Assembly: GCF_002854065.1 (NCBI RefSeq)
Contig: NZ_CP024147.1
Length of the DNA: 64,000 bases
Direction: 5' to 3' (one strand)
DNA from: Escherichia coli
GTDB lineage: Bacteria; Pseudomonadota; Gammaproteobacteria; Enterobacterales; Enterobacteriaceae
Shown here piece by piece: positions 40,312 to 50,675 of the stretch. Within the stretch, counting starts at the first letter, position 1, and every line of letters starts with the position of its first letter. Below the pieces are notes generated by a model. That model had not been told where the DNA came from. It saw only the letters and a program-made list of their open reading frames with translations, and did not search any database. A program made the translations under genes and the position numbers.

Positions 40312-42390
40312 ATGTCATATACACCGATGAGTGATCTCGGACAGCAAGGGTTGTTCGACATCACTCGGACACTATTGCAGCAGCCCGATCTGGCCTCGCT
40401 GTGTGAGGCTCTTTCGCAACTGGTAAAGCGTTCTGCGCTCGCCGACAACGCGGCTATTGTGTTGTGGCAAGCGCAGACTCAACGTGCGTCTTATTACGCA
40501 TCGCGTGAAAAAGACACCCCCATTAAATATGAAGACGAAACTGTTCTGGCACACGGTCCGGTACGCAGCATTTTGTCGCGCCCTGATACGCTGCATTGCA
40601 GTTACGAAGAATTTTGTGAAACCTGGCCGCAGCTGGCCGCAGGTGGGCTATACCCAAAATTTGCTCACTATTGCCTGATGCCACTGGCGGCGGAAGGGCA
40701 TATTTTTGGTGGCTGTGAATTTATTCGTTATGACGATCGCCCCTGGAGCGAAAAAGAGTTCAATCGTCTGCAAACATTTACGCAGATCGTTTCTGTCGTC
40801 ACCGAACAAATCCAGAGTCGCGTCGTTAACAATGTCGACTATGAGTTGTTATGCCGGGAACGCGATAACTTCCGCATCCTGGTCGCCATCACCAACGCGG
40901 TGCTTTCCCGCCTGGATATGGACGAACTGGTCAGCGAAGTCGCCAAAGAAATCCATTACTATTTCGATATTGACGATATCAGTATCGTCTTACGCAGCCA
41001 CCGTAAAAACAAACTCAACATCTACTCCACTCACTATCTTGATAAACAGCATCCCGCCCACGAACAGAGCGAAGTCGATGAAGCCGGAACCCTCACCGAA
41101 CGCGTGTTCAAAAGTAAAGAGATGCTGCTGATTAATCTCCACGAGCGGGATGATTTAGCCCCCTATGAACGCATGTTGTTCGATACCTGGGGCAACCAGA
41201 TTCAAACCTTGTGCCTGTTACCGCTGATGTCTGGCGACACCATGCTGGGCGTGCTGAAACTGGCGCAATGTGAAGAGAAAGTGTTTACCACTACCAATCT
41301 GAATTTACTGCGCCAGATTGCCGAACGTGTGGCAATCGCTGTCGATAACGCCCTCGCCTATCAGGAAATCCATCGTCTGAAAGAACGGCTGGTTGATGAA
41401 AACCTCGCCCTGACCGAGCAGCTCAACAATGTTGATAGTGAATTTGGCGAGATTATTGGCCGCAGCGAAGCCATGTACAGCGTGCTTAAACAAGTTGAAA
41501 TGGTGGCGCAAAGTGACAGTACCGTGCTGATCCTCGGTGAAACTGGCACGGGTAAAGAGCTGATTGCCCGTGCTATCCATAATCTCAGTGGGCGTAATAA
41601 TCGCCGCATGGTCAAAATGAACTGCGCGGCGATGCCTGCCGGATTGCTGGAGAGCGATCTGTTTGGTCATGAACGTGGGGCTTTTACTGGTGCCAGCGTC
41701 CAGCGTATCGGTCGTTTTGAACTGGCGGATAAAAGCTCCCTGTTCCTCGACGAAGTGGGCGATATGCCACTGGAGTTACAGCCGAAGTTGCTGCGTGTAT
41801 TGCAGGAACAGGAGTTTGAACGCCTCGGCAGCAACAAAATCATTCAGACGGACGTGCGTCTAATCGCCGCGACTAACCGCGATCTGAAAAAAATGGTCGC
41901 CGACCGAGAGTTCCGTAGCGATCTCTATTACCGCCTGAACGTATTTCCGATCCACCTGCCGCCACTACGCGAGCGTCCGGAAGATATTCCGCTGCTGGCG
42001 AAAGCCTTTACCTTCAAAATTGCCCGTCGTCTGGGGCGCAATATCGACAGCATTCCTGCCGAGACGCTGCGCACCTTGAGCAACATGGAGTGGCCGGGTA
42101 ACGTACGCGAACTGGAAAACGTCATTGAGCGCGCGGTATTGCTAACACGCGGCAACGTGCTGCAGCTGTCATTGCCAGATATTGCTTTACCGGAGCCTGA
42201 AACGCCGCCTGCCGCAACGGTTGTCGCTCAGGAGGGCGAAGATGAATATCAGTTGATTGTTCGCGTGCTGAAAGAAACTAACGGCGTGGTTGCCGGGCCT
42301 AAAGGCGCTGCGCAACGTCTGGGGCTGAAACGCACGACCCTGCTGTCACGGATGAAGCGACTGGGAATTGATAAATCGGCATTGATTTAA
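40312..42390 (+). CDS. fhlA: Formate hydrogenlyase transcriptional activator FhlA (sigma54 enhancer-binding protein)
   Basis: ORF with GAF domains, AAA+ GETGTGKE and GAFTGA, C-terminal HTH; start set at MSYTPMSDLGQQGLF. Confidence 0.95.
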   Translation: MSYTPMSDLGQQGLFDITRTLLQQPDLASLCEALSQLVKRSALADNAAIVLWQAQTQRASYYASREKDTPIKYEDETVLAHGPVRSILSRPDTLHCSYEEFCETWPQLAAGGLYPKFAHYCLMPLAAEGHIFGGCEFIRYDDRPWSEKEFNRLQTFTQIVSVVTEQIQSRVVNNVDYELLCRERDNFRILVAITNAVLSRLDMDELVSEVAKEIHYYFDIDDISIVLRSHRKNKLNIYSTHYLDKQHPAHEQSEVDEAGTLTERVFKSKEMLLINLHERDDLAPYERMLFDTWGNQIQTLCLLPLMSGDTMLGVLKLAQCEEKVFTTTNLNLLRQIAERVAIAVDNALAYQEIHRLKERLVDENLALTEQLNNVDSEFGEIIGRSEAMYSVLKQVEMVAQSDSTVLILGETGTGKELIARAIHNLSGRNNRRMVKMNCAAMPAGLLESDLFGHERGAFTGASVQRIGRFELADKSSLFLDEVGDMPLELQPKLLRVLQEQEFERLGSNKIIQTDVRLIAATNRDLKKMVADREFRSDLYYRLNVFPIHLPPLRERPEDIPLLAKAFTFKIARRLGRNIDSIPAETLRTLSNMEWPGNVRELENVIERAVLLTRGNVLQLSLPDIALPEPETPPAATVVAQEGEDEYQLIVRVLKETNGVVAGPKGAAQRLGLKRTTLLSRMKRLGIDKSALI

Positions 42391-42434
42391 CAGATGTGGT
42401 TATACTCGATCAACATTCAATGAAAGGAGGCAGT

Positions 42435-42863
42435 ATGGCAGTTTCAGCAAGAAATCAATTAACCGGAACAGTTAGCGCAGTAGCAATGGGCGCGGTGAAT
42501 GACGAAGTAGAACTGACGCTGGCAGGTGGTGCAAAACTGGTGGCGATTGTTACACACAGCAGCCAACAGGCTCTGGGGCTGGCAAAAGGGAAAGAAGCGA
42601 TTGCCCTGATTAAAGCCCCGTGGGTAACGCTGGCCACGGAAGACTGTGGACTGAAATTCTCTGCTCGCAACCAGTTTGCTGGCAGCGTGTCGACAATCAC
42701 CGAAGGCGCAGTGAACGCCACTGTCCATATCAAAACGGATGCGGGTTTTGAAATTGTGGCAGTGGTAACAAATGAAAGTCAGGATGAAATGAAACTTACC
42801 ACTGGCTCACGCGTTATTGCGTTGATCAAAGCATCAGCAATCCTGATTGCTACCAAAGCGTAA
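42435..42863 (+). CDS. Standalone di-Mop (tandem TOBE) molbindin, predicted molybdate/tungstate-binding protein
   Basis: 142-aa ORF with strong SD AAAGGAGG 6 nt upstream; two ~70-aa repeats each starting SARNQ(L/F)(T/A)G(T/S)VS with the Mop/TOBE signature. Confidence 0.8.
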   Translation: MAVSARNQLTGTVSAVAMGAVNDEVELTLAGGAKLVAIVTHSSQQALGLAKGKEAIALIKAPWVTLATEDCGLKFSARNQFAGSVSTITEGAVNATVHIKTDAGFEIVAVVTNESQDEMKLTTGSRVIALIKASAILIATKA

Positions 42864-42874
42864 GCGCCTTATTT

Positions 42875-42897
42875 GCCGGAGAGTATGGCTCTCCGGC
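42875..42897. terminator. Bidirectional terminator hairpin between the molbindin gene and convergent ygbA
   Basis: GCCGGAGAGtatggCTCTCCGGC stem-loop with T-rich flank. Confidence 0.7.
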
Positions 42898-42901
42898 AGA
42901 T

Positions 42902-43246
42902 TTATTTCTTTGGACGATATTTTTCTGGCAACTCCGGCACCGGACGCTTGTCATCGATGAGATGACGCACGGTTAAGATCGGATGACGCCACAGCATTCT
43001 CGGCCCGGCCCAACGCATAATCTGTTTCATCTCTTCACGCTTTGCAGGCTGGTAACAGTGCACCGGACACTGCTTACAGGCTGGCTTCTCTTCGCCGAAC
43101 ACACATTTATCCAGCCGCTTTTGCGCGTAAACAAACAACGCCTCGTAATGCTCCGGCTCCGCTGACGCCTGCGGGCATTTCGCTTGATAAAGATCGATCA
43201 TTTTTTTAATCGTCAGTTTTTCACGAGAGATACGCTTGCCGGACAT
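42902..43246 (-). CDS. ygbA: YgbA-family protein (NsrR-regulon, nitrosative stress induced)
   Basis: 114-aa ORF MSGKRISREKLTIKKMIDLYQAKCPQ with CxxC...CxxC cysteines. Confidence 0.85.
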   Translation of the reverse strand: MSGKRISREKLTIKKMIDLYQAKCPQASAEPEHYEALFVYAQKRLDKCVFGEEKPACKQCPVHCYQPAKREEMKQIMRWAGPRMLWRHPILTVRHLIDDKRPVPELPEKYRPKK

Positions 43247-43261
43247 ACTGCCTCCACCTCA

Positions 43262-43294
43262 TTAAGATGCATTTATATTACAACTTAATCTTAA
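43262..43294. promoter_or_regulatory. Putative NsrR operator in the ygbA promoter region
   Basis: TTAAGATGCATTTatattacaacttAATCTTAA: AAGATGCATTT matches the NsrR half-site as I recall it; outer arms are inverted repeats. Confidence 0.5.
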
Positions 43295-43532
43295 AGGGCA
43301 CTATGACTCTAAAGAAGAAGGGTTAGCCAACCGATACAATTTTGCGTACTTGCTTCATAAGCATCACGCAAAAGCTGCAAAACAGCATCTTTCCCGGAAC
43401 CAGCATCAAGAACTCGCCGTTCGCTTCTTCCCCTGAAATGATTAACTCCGGTATCATGTGCGCCTTATGTGATTACAACGAAAATAAAAACCATCACACC
43501 CCATTTAATATCAGGGAACCGGACATAACCCC

Positions 43533-46094
43533 ATGAGTGCAATAGAAAATTTCGACGCCCATACGCCCATGATGCAGCAGTATCTCAAGCTGAAAGCCCA
43601 GCATCCCGAGATCCTGCTGTTTTACCGGATGGGTGATTTTTATGAACTGTTTTATGACGACGCAAAACGCGCGTCGCAACTGCTGGATATTTCACTGACC
43701 AAACGCGGTGCTTCGGCGGGAGAGCCGATCCCGATGGCGGGGATTCCCTACCATGCGGTGGAAAACTACCTCGCCAAACTGGTGAATCAGGGCGAGTCCG
43801 TTGCCATCTGCGAACAAATTGGCGATCCGGCGACCAGCAAAGGTCCGGTTGAGCGCAAAGTTGTGCGTATCGTTACGCCAGGCACCATCAGCGATGAAGC
43901 CCTGTTGCAGGAGCGTCAGGACAACCTGCTGGCGGCTATCTGGCAGGACAGCAAAGGTTTCGGCTACGCGACGCTGGATATCAGCTCCGGGCGTTTTCGC
44001 CTGAGCGAACCGGCTGACCGGGAAACGATGGCGGCAGAACTGCAACGCACTAATCCTGCGGAATTGCTGTATGCAGAAGATTTTGCTGAAATGTCGTTAA
44101 TTGAAGGCCGTCGCGGCCTGCGCCGTCGCCCGCTGTGGGAGTTTGAAATCGACACCGCGCGCCAGCAGTTGAATCTGCAATTTGGGACCCGCGATCTGGT
44201 CGGTTTTGGCGTCGAGAACGCGCCGCGCGGACTTTGTGCTGCCGGTTGTCTGTTGCAGTATGCGAAAGATACCCAACGTACGACTCTGCCGCATATTCGT
44301 TCCATCACCATGGAACGTGAGCAGGACAGCATCATTATGGATGCCGCGACGCGTCGTAATCTGGAAATCACCCAGAACCTGGCGGGTGGTGCGGAAAATA
44401 CGCTGGCTTCTGTGCTCGACTGCACCGTCACGCCGATGGGCAGCCGTATGCTGAAACGCTGGCTGCATATGCCAGTGCGCGATACCCGCGTGTTGCTTGA
44501 GCGCCAGCAAACTATTGGCGCATTGCAGGATTTCACCGCCGAGTTACAGCCGGTACTGCGTCAGGTGGGCGATCTGGAACGTATTCTGGCGCGTCTGGCG
44601 TTGCGTACTGCTCGCCCGCGCGATCTGGCCCGTATGCGCCATGCTTTCCAGCAACTGCCGGAACTGCGCGCGCAGTTAGAAAATGTCGATAGTGCACCGG
44701 TACAGGCGCTGCGTGAGAAGATGGGCGAGTTTGCCGAACTGCGCGATCTGCTGGAGCGGGCAATCATCGACACACCACCAGTGCTGGTACGCGACGGTGG
44801 TGTTATCGCACCGGGCTATAACGAAGAGCTGGATGAGTGGCGGGCGCTGGCTGACGGCGCGACCGATTATCTGGAGCGTCTGGAAATCCGCGAGCGTGAA
44901 CGTACCGGCCTGGACACGCTGAAAGTCGGATTTAACGCGGTGCATGGTTATTACATTCAGATCAGCCGTGGACAAAGCCATCTGGCCCCCATCAACTACA
45001 TGCGTCGCCAGACGCTGAAAAATGCCGAGCGCTACATTATTCCAGAGCTAAAAGAGTACGAAGATAAAGTTCTCACCTCAAAAGGCAAAGCACTGGCACT
45101 GGAAAAACAGCTTTATGAAGAGCTGTTCGACCTGCTGTTGCCGCATCTGGAAGCGTTGCAACAGAGCGCAAGCGCGCTGGCAGAACTTGATGTGCTGGTT
45201 AACCTGGCGGAGCGGGCCTATACCCTGAACTACACCTGCCCGACTTTTATTGATAAACCGGGTATTCGCATCACCGAAGGCCGCCATCCGGTGGTTGAAC
45301 AGGTGCTGAATGAGCCGTTTATCGCCAACCCGCTGAACCTGTCGCCACAGCGTCGCATGTTGATCATTACCGGTCCGAATATGGGCGGTAAAAGTACCTA
45401 TATGCGCCAGACCGCACTGATTGCGCTGATGGCCTACATCGGCAGCTATGTACCGGCACAAAAAGTTGAGATTGGACCTATCGATCGCATCTTTACCCGC
45501 GTAGGGGCAGCGGATGATCTGGCATCCGGGCGTTCAACCTTTATGGTGGAAATGACCGAAACCGCCAATATTTTACATAACGCCACCGAATACAGTCTGG
45601 TGTTAATGGATGAGATCGGGCGTGGAACGTCCACTTACGATGGTCTGTCACTGGCATGGGCGTGCGCGGAAAATCTGGCGAATAAGATTAAGGCATTGAC
45701 GCTGTTTGCTACCCACTATTTCGAGCTGACCCAGTTACCGGAGAAAATGGAAGGCGTCGCCAACGTGCATCTCGATGCACTGGAGCACGGCGACACCATT
45801 GCCTTTATGCATAGCGTGCAGGATGGCGCGGCGAGCAAAAGCTACGGCCTGGCGGTTGCAGCTCTGGCGGGCGTGCCAAAAGAGGTGATTAAGCGCGCAC
45901 GGCAAAAACTGCGTGAGCTGGAAAGTATTTCGCCGAACGCCGCCGCTACACAAGTGGATGGTACGCAAATGTCTTTGCTGTCAGTACCGGAAGAAACCTC
46001 GCCAGCGGTCGAAGCTCTGGAAAATCTCGACCCGGATTCACTAACTCCGCGTCAGGCGCTGGAATGGATTTATCGCTTGAAGAGTCTGGTGTAA
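43533..46094 (+). CDS. mutS: DNA mismatch repair protein MutS
   Basis: 853-aa [43 protein letters not shown] with Walker [10 protein letters not shown]. Confidence 0.98.
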   Translation: MSAIENFDAHTPMMQQYLKLKAQHPEILLFYRMGDFYELFYDDAKRASQLLDISLTKRGASAGEPIPMAGIPYHAVENYLAKLVNQGESVAICEQIGDPATSKGPVERKVVRIVTPGTISDEALLQERQDNLLAAIWQDSKGFGYATLDISSGRFRLSEPADRETMAAELQRTNPAELLYAEDFAEMSLIEGRRGLRRRPLWEFEIDTARQQLNLQFGTRDLVGFGVENAPRGLCAAGCLLQYAKDTQRTTLPHIRSITMEREQDSIIMDAATRRNLEITQNLAGGAENTLASVLDCTVTPMGSRMLKRWLHMPVRDTRVLLERQQTIGALQDFTAELQPVLRQVGDLERILARLALRTARPRDLARMRHAFQQLPELRAQLENVDSAPVQALREKMGEFAELRDLLERAIIDTPPVLVRDGGVIAPGYNEELDEWRALADGATDYLERLEIRERERTGLDTLKVGFNAVHGYYIQISRGQSHLAPINYMRRQTLKNAERYIIPELKEYEDKVLTSKGKALALEKQLYEELFDLLLPHLEALQQSASALAELDVLVNLAERAYTLNYTCPTFIDKPGIRITEGRHPVVEQVLNEPFIANPLNLSPQRRMLIITGPNMGGKSTYMRQTALIALMAYIGSYVPAQKVEIGPIDRIFTRVGAADDLASGRSTFMVEMTETANILHNATEYSLVLMDEIGRGTSTYDGLSLAWACAENLANKIKALTLFATHYFELTQLPEKMEGVANVHLDALEHGDTIAFMHSVQDGAASKSYGLAVAALAGVPKEVIKRARQKLRELESISPNAAATQVDGTQMSLLSVPEETSPAVEALENLDPDSLTPRQALEWIYRLKSLV

Positions 46095-46100
46095 TAACAA

Positions 46101-46135
46101 TTCCCGATAGAAAAATACTATCGGGAATATTATCT
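46101..46135 (+). terminator. mutS rho-independent terminator
   Basis: TTCCCGATAGaaaaatacCTATCGGGAA hairpin followed by a T-rich tract. Confidence 0.7.
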
Positions 46136-46199
46136 ACAGCTGACGAATCAAATAAAAATACCCTGTATAATAGGAAAGTTTATTTTACAGGGTAAAACC

Positions 46200-46856
46200 A
46201 TGCCATCTACACGCTATCAAAAAATCAATGCCCATCACTATCGCCATATATGGGTCGTTGGTGATATTCATGGTGAATATCAGTTATTACAATCCCGCTT
46301 ACATCAACTCTCTTTTTTCCCCGAAACCGACTTACTTATTTCTGTCGGCGATAATATTGATCGTGGGCCGGAGAGTCTTGACGTCCTGCGCCTGCTAAAC
46401 CAGCCCTGGTTTATCTCCGTTAAAGGCAACCACGAAGCAATGGCGCTGGATGCGTTCGCGACCGGCGATGGCAATATGTGGCTTGCCAGCGGTGGTGACT
46501 GGTTCTTTGAGTTAAATGATATGGAACAAAAAGAAGCTATAGGTCTATTGCTGAAATTTCATCAACTTCCACATATTATTGAAATTACCAACGACATTAT
46601 AAAATATGTCATCGCACATGCGGATTATCCGGGCAATGAATATCTCTTTGGCGGACAAATAGCGGAGAGCGAATTACTTTGGCCTGTTGATCGTGTGCAG
46701 AAATCTCTTAATGGCGAGTTACAACAAATAAACGGCGCTGATTATTTTATATTTGGACATATGATGCTTGATAACATTCAGACGTTCGCTAACCAGATTT
46801 ATATTGATACCGGATCGCCGAAAAGCGGGCGGCTGTCATTTTATAAAATAAAGTAG
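46200..46856 (+). CDS. pphB: Serine/threonine protein phosphatase 2 (calcineurin-like)
   Basis: 218-aa ORF with GDIHG and GNHE metallophosphatase motifs. Confidence 0.93.
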   Translation: MPSTRYQKINAHHYRHIWVVGDIHGEYQLLQSRLHQLSFFPETDLLISVGDNIDRGPESLDVLRLLNQPWFISVKGNHEAMALDAFATGDGNMWLASGGDWFFELNDMEQKEAIGLLLKFHQLPHIIEITNDIIKYVIAHADYPGNEYLFGGQIAESELLWPVDRVQKSLNGELQQINGADYFIFGHMMLDNIQTFANQIYIDTGSPKSGRLSFYKIK

Positions 46857-46857
46857 T

Positions 46858-46883
46858 CTCATGCTTCTTCTGTGAAGCATGAG
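46858..46883. terminator. Bidirectional terminator hairpin between convergent pphB and ygbI
   Basis: CTCATGCTTCttctgtGAAGCATGAG perfect stem-loop. Confidence 0.65.
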
Positions 46884-46906
46884 TAACCCGGTGTTATTGC
46901 AGGCCA

Positions 46907-47704
46907 TTATTCATTTTTCGCTACCAGCAAAGAGAGATCCTGCTTCGCCAGCGCGCGACTGGCACTCTCCGGCAAACCGTCGTCTGTAATAATCTGATCA
47001 AACTCGCTTAATGGTAACGCCAGCCATGTCGCCACCTGACCATATTTCGTCGCATCACAGACCAAAACTCGCTGGCGGCTGGCACTGGCAATCGCCCGTT
47101 TCACCGTGACTTTATCTTCCGCTGGCGTAGAAATCCCCCGCAAACTCCATGACGATGCAGAAATAAAAGCCTGATCAATCATCAGGCTGCGCAGCATGGT
47201 CGCAGCGGCTTCCCCGACACAGGAACGGTTTTCCCGACACACTGCACCGCCAGTGTGAATAATTGTGCAATTACTGTTGTCGAGCAAGTAGTCCGCAATA
47301 ACGAAATCGTTTGTGACCACAGTCAGTGACTCCATGTGAATCAGATGCTGTGCTATCGCTAACGTGGTCGTTCCCGCATCCAGATAGATACAACTTCCCG
47401 GCTGAACAAGACTTGCCGCCAGCTTGCCAATAGCCGCTTTTTGCGTCATTGCCAGCGCAGTTTTTACCTGATGAGAAGGTTCATGCGCCACGCGTCCCGG
47501 AGACTGGACGCCTCCGGATACCAGCACAACGGCTCCCTGCTGCTCCAGTTTTTGTAAATCCCGACGAATGGTCATATGTGACACATTCATTCTGTCCGTT
47601 AGTTCAGCAATACTGACAATGCCTTTTTCAGCTACCATCTCAAGGATGATTTGGCGACGCTCTACGGGTATCAACTTTTGCTCCTTCCTTTGTCCTGCTG
47701 ACAT
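46907..47704 (-). CDS. ygbI: DeoR-family transcriptional regulator
   Basis: ORF with N-terminal HTH (MTIRRDLQKLEQQG) and DeoR sugar-binding domain; start codon not resolved. Confidence 0.85.
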   Translation of the reverse strand: MSAGQRKEQKLIPVERRQIILEMVAEKGIVSIAELTDRMNVSHMTIRRDLQKLEQQGAVVLVSGGVQSPGRVAHEPSHQVKTALAMTQKAAIGKLAASLVQPGSCIYLDAGTTTLAIAQHLIHMESLTVVTNDFVIADYLLDNSNCTIIHTGGAVCRENRSCVGEAAATMLRSLMIDQAFISASSWSLRGISTPAEDKVTVKRAIASASRQRVLVCDATKYGQVATWLALPLSEFDQIITDDGLPESASRALAKQDLSLLVAKNE

Positions 47705-47869
47705 TCTACGCTATTTGCCTGCGAAACGTGCGCGGCGCAACTAACGCTTAGTTCACATAAAATAACACACAATGTTAATTTTTGTGAATCAGCTCACCAT
47801 ATCGTTATCTTCCAGCGCTTATATTCACAATATCAAACAAAATATCACTTAAATTAACAATGAGAGCAG

Positions 47870-48777
47870 ATGAAAACGGGATCTAGTTTCATGTCGGTAT
47901 CGTTGGCTTAGGGTCAATGGGAATGGGAGCAGCACTGTCATGTGTCCGCGCAGGTCTTTCTACCTGGGGCGCAGACCTGAACAGCAATGCCTGCGCTACG
48001 TTGAAAGAGGCAGGTGCTTGCGGGGTTTCTGATAACGCCGCGACGTTTGCCGAAAAACTGGACGCTCTGCTGGTGCTGGTGGTCAATGCGGCCCAGGTTA
48101 AACAGGTGCTGTTTGGTGAAACAGGCGTTGCACAACATCTGAAACCCGGTACGGCAGTAATGGTTTCTTCCACTATCGCTAGTGCTGATGCGCAAGAAAT
48201 TGCTACCGCTCTGGCTGGATTCGATCTGGAAATGCTGGATGCGCCAGTTTCTGGTGGTGCAGTAAAAGCCGCTAACGGTGAAATGACTGTCATGGCCTCC
48301 GGTAGCGATATTGCCTTTGAACGACTGGCACCCGTGCTGGAAGCCGTTGCCGGAAAAGTTTATCGCATAGGTGCAGAACCGGGACTAGGTTCGACCGTAA
48401 AAATTATTCACCAGTTGTTAGCGGGCGTACATATTGCTGCCGGAGCCGAAGCGATGGCACTTGCAGCCCGTGCGGGGATCCCGCTGGATGTGATGTATGA
48501 CGTCGTGACCAATGCCGCCGGAAATTCCTGGATGTTCGAAAACCGGATGCGTCATGTGGTGGATGGCGATTACACCCCGCATTCAGCCGTCGATATTTTT
48601 GTTAAGGATCTTGGTCTGGTTGCCGATACAGCCAAAGCCCTGCACTTCCCGCTGCCATTGGCCTCAACAGCATTGAATATGTTCACCAGCGCCAGTAACG
48701 CGGGTTACGGGAAAGAAGACGATAGCGCAGTTATCAAGATTTTCTCTGGCATCACTCTACCGGGAGCGAAATCATGA
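47870..48777 (+). pseudogene. ygbJ: 3-hydroxyisobutyrate dehydrogenase-family oxidoreductase with a -1 frameshift near codon 6
   Basis: ATG at 47870 gives MKTGSSFMSVSLA* in one frame; the Rossmann motif VGIVGLGSMGMG is encoded in another frame directly upstream of the track ORF (47917), preceded by in-frame TAG at 47884-47886. Confidence 0.75.
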
Positions 48778-50036
48778 TCAAGATTGGCGTTATCGCCGAT
48801 GATTTTACCGGCGCGACGGATATCGCCAGTTTTCTGGTGGAAAACGGTCTACCAACGGTACAAATTAACGGTGTTCCAACAGGTAAAATGCCGGAAGCAA
48901 TCGACGCACTGGTGATCAGCCTGAAAACGCGTTCCTGTCCGGTGGTTGAAGCCACACAGCAATCGCTGGCGGCTCTGAGCTGGTTGCAACAGCAAGGTTG
49001 CAAACAGATCTATTTCAAATACTGCTCTACTTTCGACAGTACGGCTAAAGGTAATATCGGCCCGGTTACCGATGCATTAATGGATGCTCTCGACACGCCG
49101 TTTACGGTCTTCTCTCCGGCCCTGCCGGTCAACGGACGTACGGTTTATCAGGGGTATTTGTTCGTAATGAATCAACTGCTGGCCGAATCCGGGATGCGCC
49201 ATCACCCGGTAAATCCCATGACCGACAGCTATCTTCCCCGTCTGGTTGAAGCGCAATCCACAGGGCGCTGCGGCGTCGTTTCGGCACATGTTTTCGAACA
49301 AGGTGTGGATGCCGTTCGTCAAGAGCTGGCTCGCTTACAGCAAGAGGGCTACCGCTACGCGGTGCTTGATGCGCTGACCGAACACCATCTGGAAATTCAG
49401 GGAGAAGCCTTGCGCGATGCCCCACTGGTAACGGGCGGTTCTGGTCTGGCGATTGGCCTGGCCCGGCAGTGGGCGCAAGAAAACGGTAACCAGGCTCGCA
49501 AAGCAGGGCATCCGCTCGCTGGGCGCGGCGTAGTGCTCTCCGGTTCATGCTCTCAAATGACCAACCGCCAGGTGGCACATTACCGTCAAATTGCACCAGC
49601 CCGTGAAGTTGATGTGGCACGCTGCCTCTCAATTGAAACTCTGGCCGCTTATGCACACGAACTGGCAGAGTGGGTTCTGGGCCAGGAAAGTGTACTTGCT
49701 CCACTGGTTTTTGCCACCGCCAGCACTGACGCATTGGCAGCAATTCAACAGCAATACGGTGCACAAAAAGCCAGTCAGGCAGTAGAAACACTGTTTTCTC
49801 AACTAGCGGCGCGGTTAGCAGCGGAAGGCGTGACACGCTTTATTGTCGCAGGCGGTGAGACCTCCGGCGTAGTCACACAGAGCCTGGGAATAAAAGGGTT
49901 TCATATTGGCCCAACCATTTCCCCCGGCGTGCCGTGGGTAAACGCACTGGATAAGCCTGTCTCACTCGCCCTTAAATCTGGCAACTTCGGTGATGAAGCC
50001 TTTTTTTCACGAGCCCAAAGAGAGTTTTTATCATGA
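48774..50036 (+). CDS. ygbK: Four-carbon acid sugar kinase family protein
   Basis: 420-aa ORF in operon position, overlaps ygbJ by 4 bp. Confidence 0.85.
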   Translation: MIKIGVIADDFTGATDIASFLVENGLPTVQINGVPTGKMPEAIDALVISLKTRSCPVVEATQQSLAALSWLQQQGCKQIYFKYCSTFDSTAKGNIGPVTDALMDALDTPFTVFSPALPVNGRTVYQGYLFVMNQLLAESGMRHHPVNPMTDSYLPRLVEAQSTGRCGVVSAHVFEQGVDAVRQELARLQQEGYRYAVLDALTEHHLEIQGEALRDAPLVTGGSGLAIGLARQWAQENGNQARKAGHPLAGRGVVLSGSCSQMTNRQVAHYRQIAPAREVDVARCLSIETLAAYAHELAEWVLGQESVLAPLVFATASTDALAAIQQQYGAQKASQAVETLFSQLAARLAAEGVTRFIVAGGETSGVVTQSLGIKGFHIGPTISPGVPWVNALDKPVSLALKSGNFGDEAFFSRAQREFLS

Positions 50037-50671
50037 GCGATTTCGCAAAAGTAGAGCAGTCTTTGCGAGAGGAGATGACGCGGATTGCCAGTTCATTCTT
50101 TCAGCGCGGCTATGCAACCGGTTCGGCTGGCAATCTGTCGCTGCTTTTACCTGACGGGAATTTACTGGCGACACCGACAGGTTCATGCCTGGGCAATCTC
50201 GAGCCGCAGCGGCTTTCCAAAGTCGCCGCGGATGGCGAATGGTTAAGTGGTGACAAACCCTCGAAAGAGGTGCTCTTTCATCTGGCGCTGTATCGCAACA
50301 ATCCGCGCTGTAAAGCGGTGGTGCATTTGCACAGCACATGGTCGACGGCGCTTTCCTGCCTGCAAGGGCTGGACAGCAGCAACGTTATTCGTCCGTTCAC
50401 ACCATACGTGGTGATGCGGATGGGAAATGTCCCGCTGGTGCCTTATTACCGACCGGGCGATAAACGCATCGCACAGGATCTGGCGGAACTGGCAGCAGAC
50501 AATCAGGCTTTTTTACTGGCAAATCATGGCCCAGTGGTTTGCGGTGAAAGCCTGCAAGAAGCCGCCAACAATATGGAAGAGCTGGAGGAAACGGCAAAGC
50601 TGATTTTTATTCTCGGTGACCGCCCGATCCGTTATCTGACCGCAGGTGAAATTGCGGAATTAAGGAATTAA
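50033..50671 (+). CDS. ygbL: Class II aldolase/adducin-family protein
   Basis: 212-aa ORF with class II aldolase fold signature (HxH region). Confidence 0.85.
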   Translation: MSDFAKVEQSLREEMTRIASSFFQRGYATGSAGNLSLLLPDGNLLATPTGSCLGNLEPQRLSKVAADGEWLSGDKPSKEVLFHLALYRNNPRCKAVVHLHSTWSTALSCLQGLDSSNVIRPFTPYVVMRMGNVPLVPYYRPGDKRIAQDLAELAADNQAFLLANHGPVVCGESLQEAANNMEELEETAKLIFILGDRPIRYLTAGEIAELRN

Positions 50672-50675
50672 TGCA

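Noticed and set aside
43342-43536. 64-aa ORF immediately upstream of mutS
   Set aside because: Sits in the mutS promoter/leader, has no RBS and a low-complexity sequence; likely spurious.
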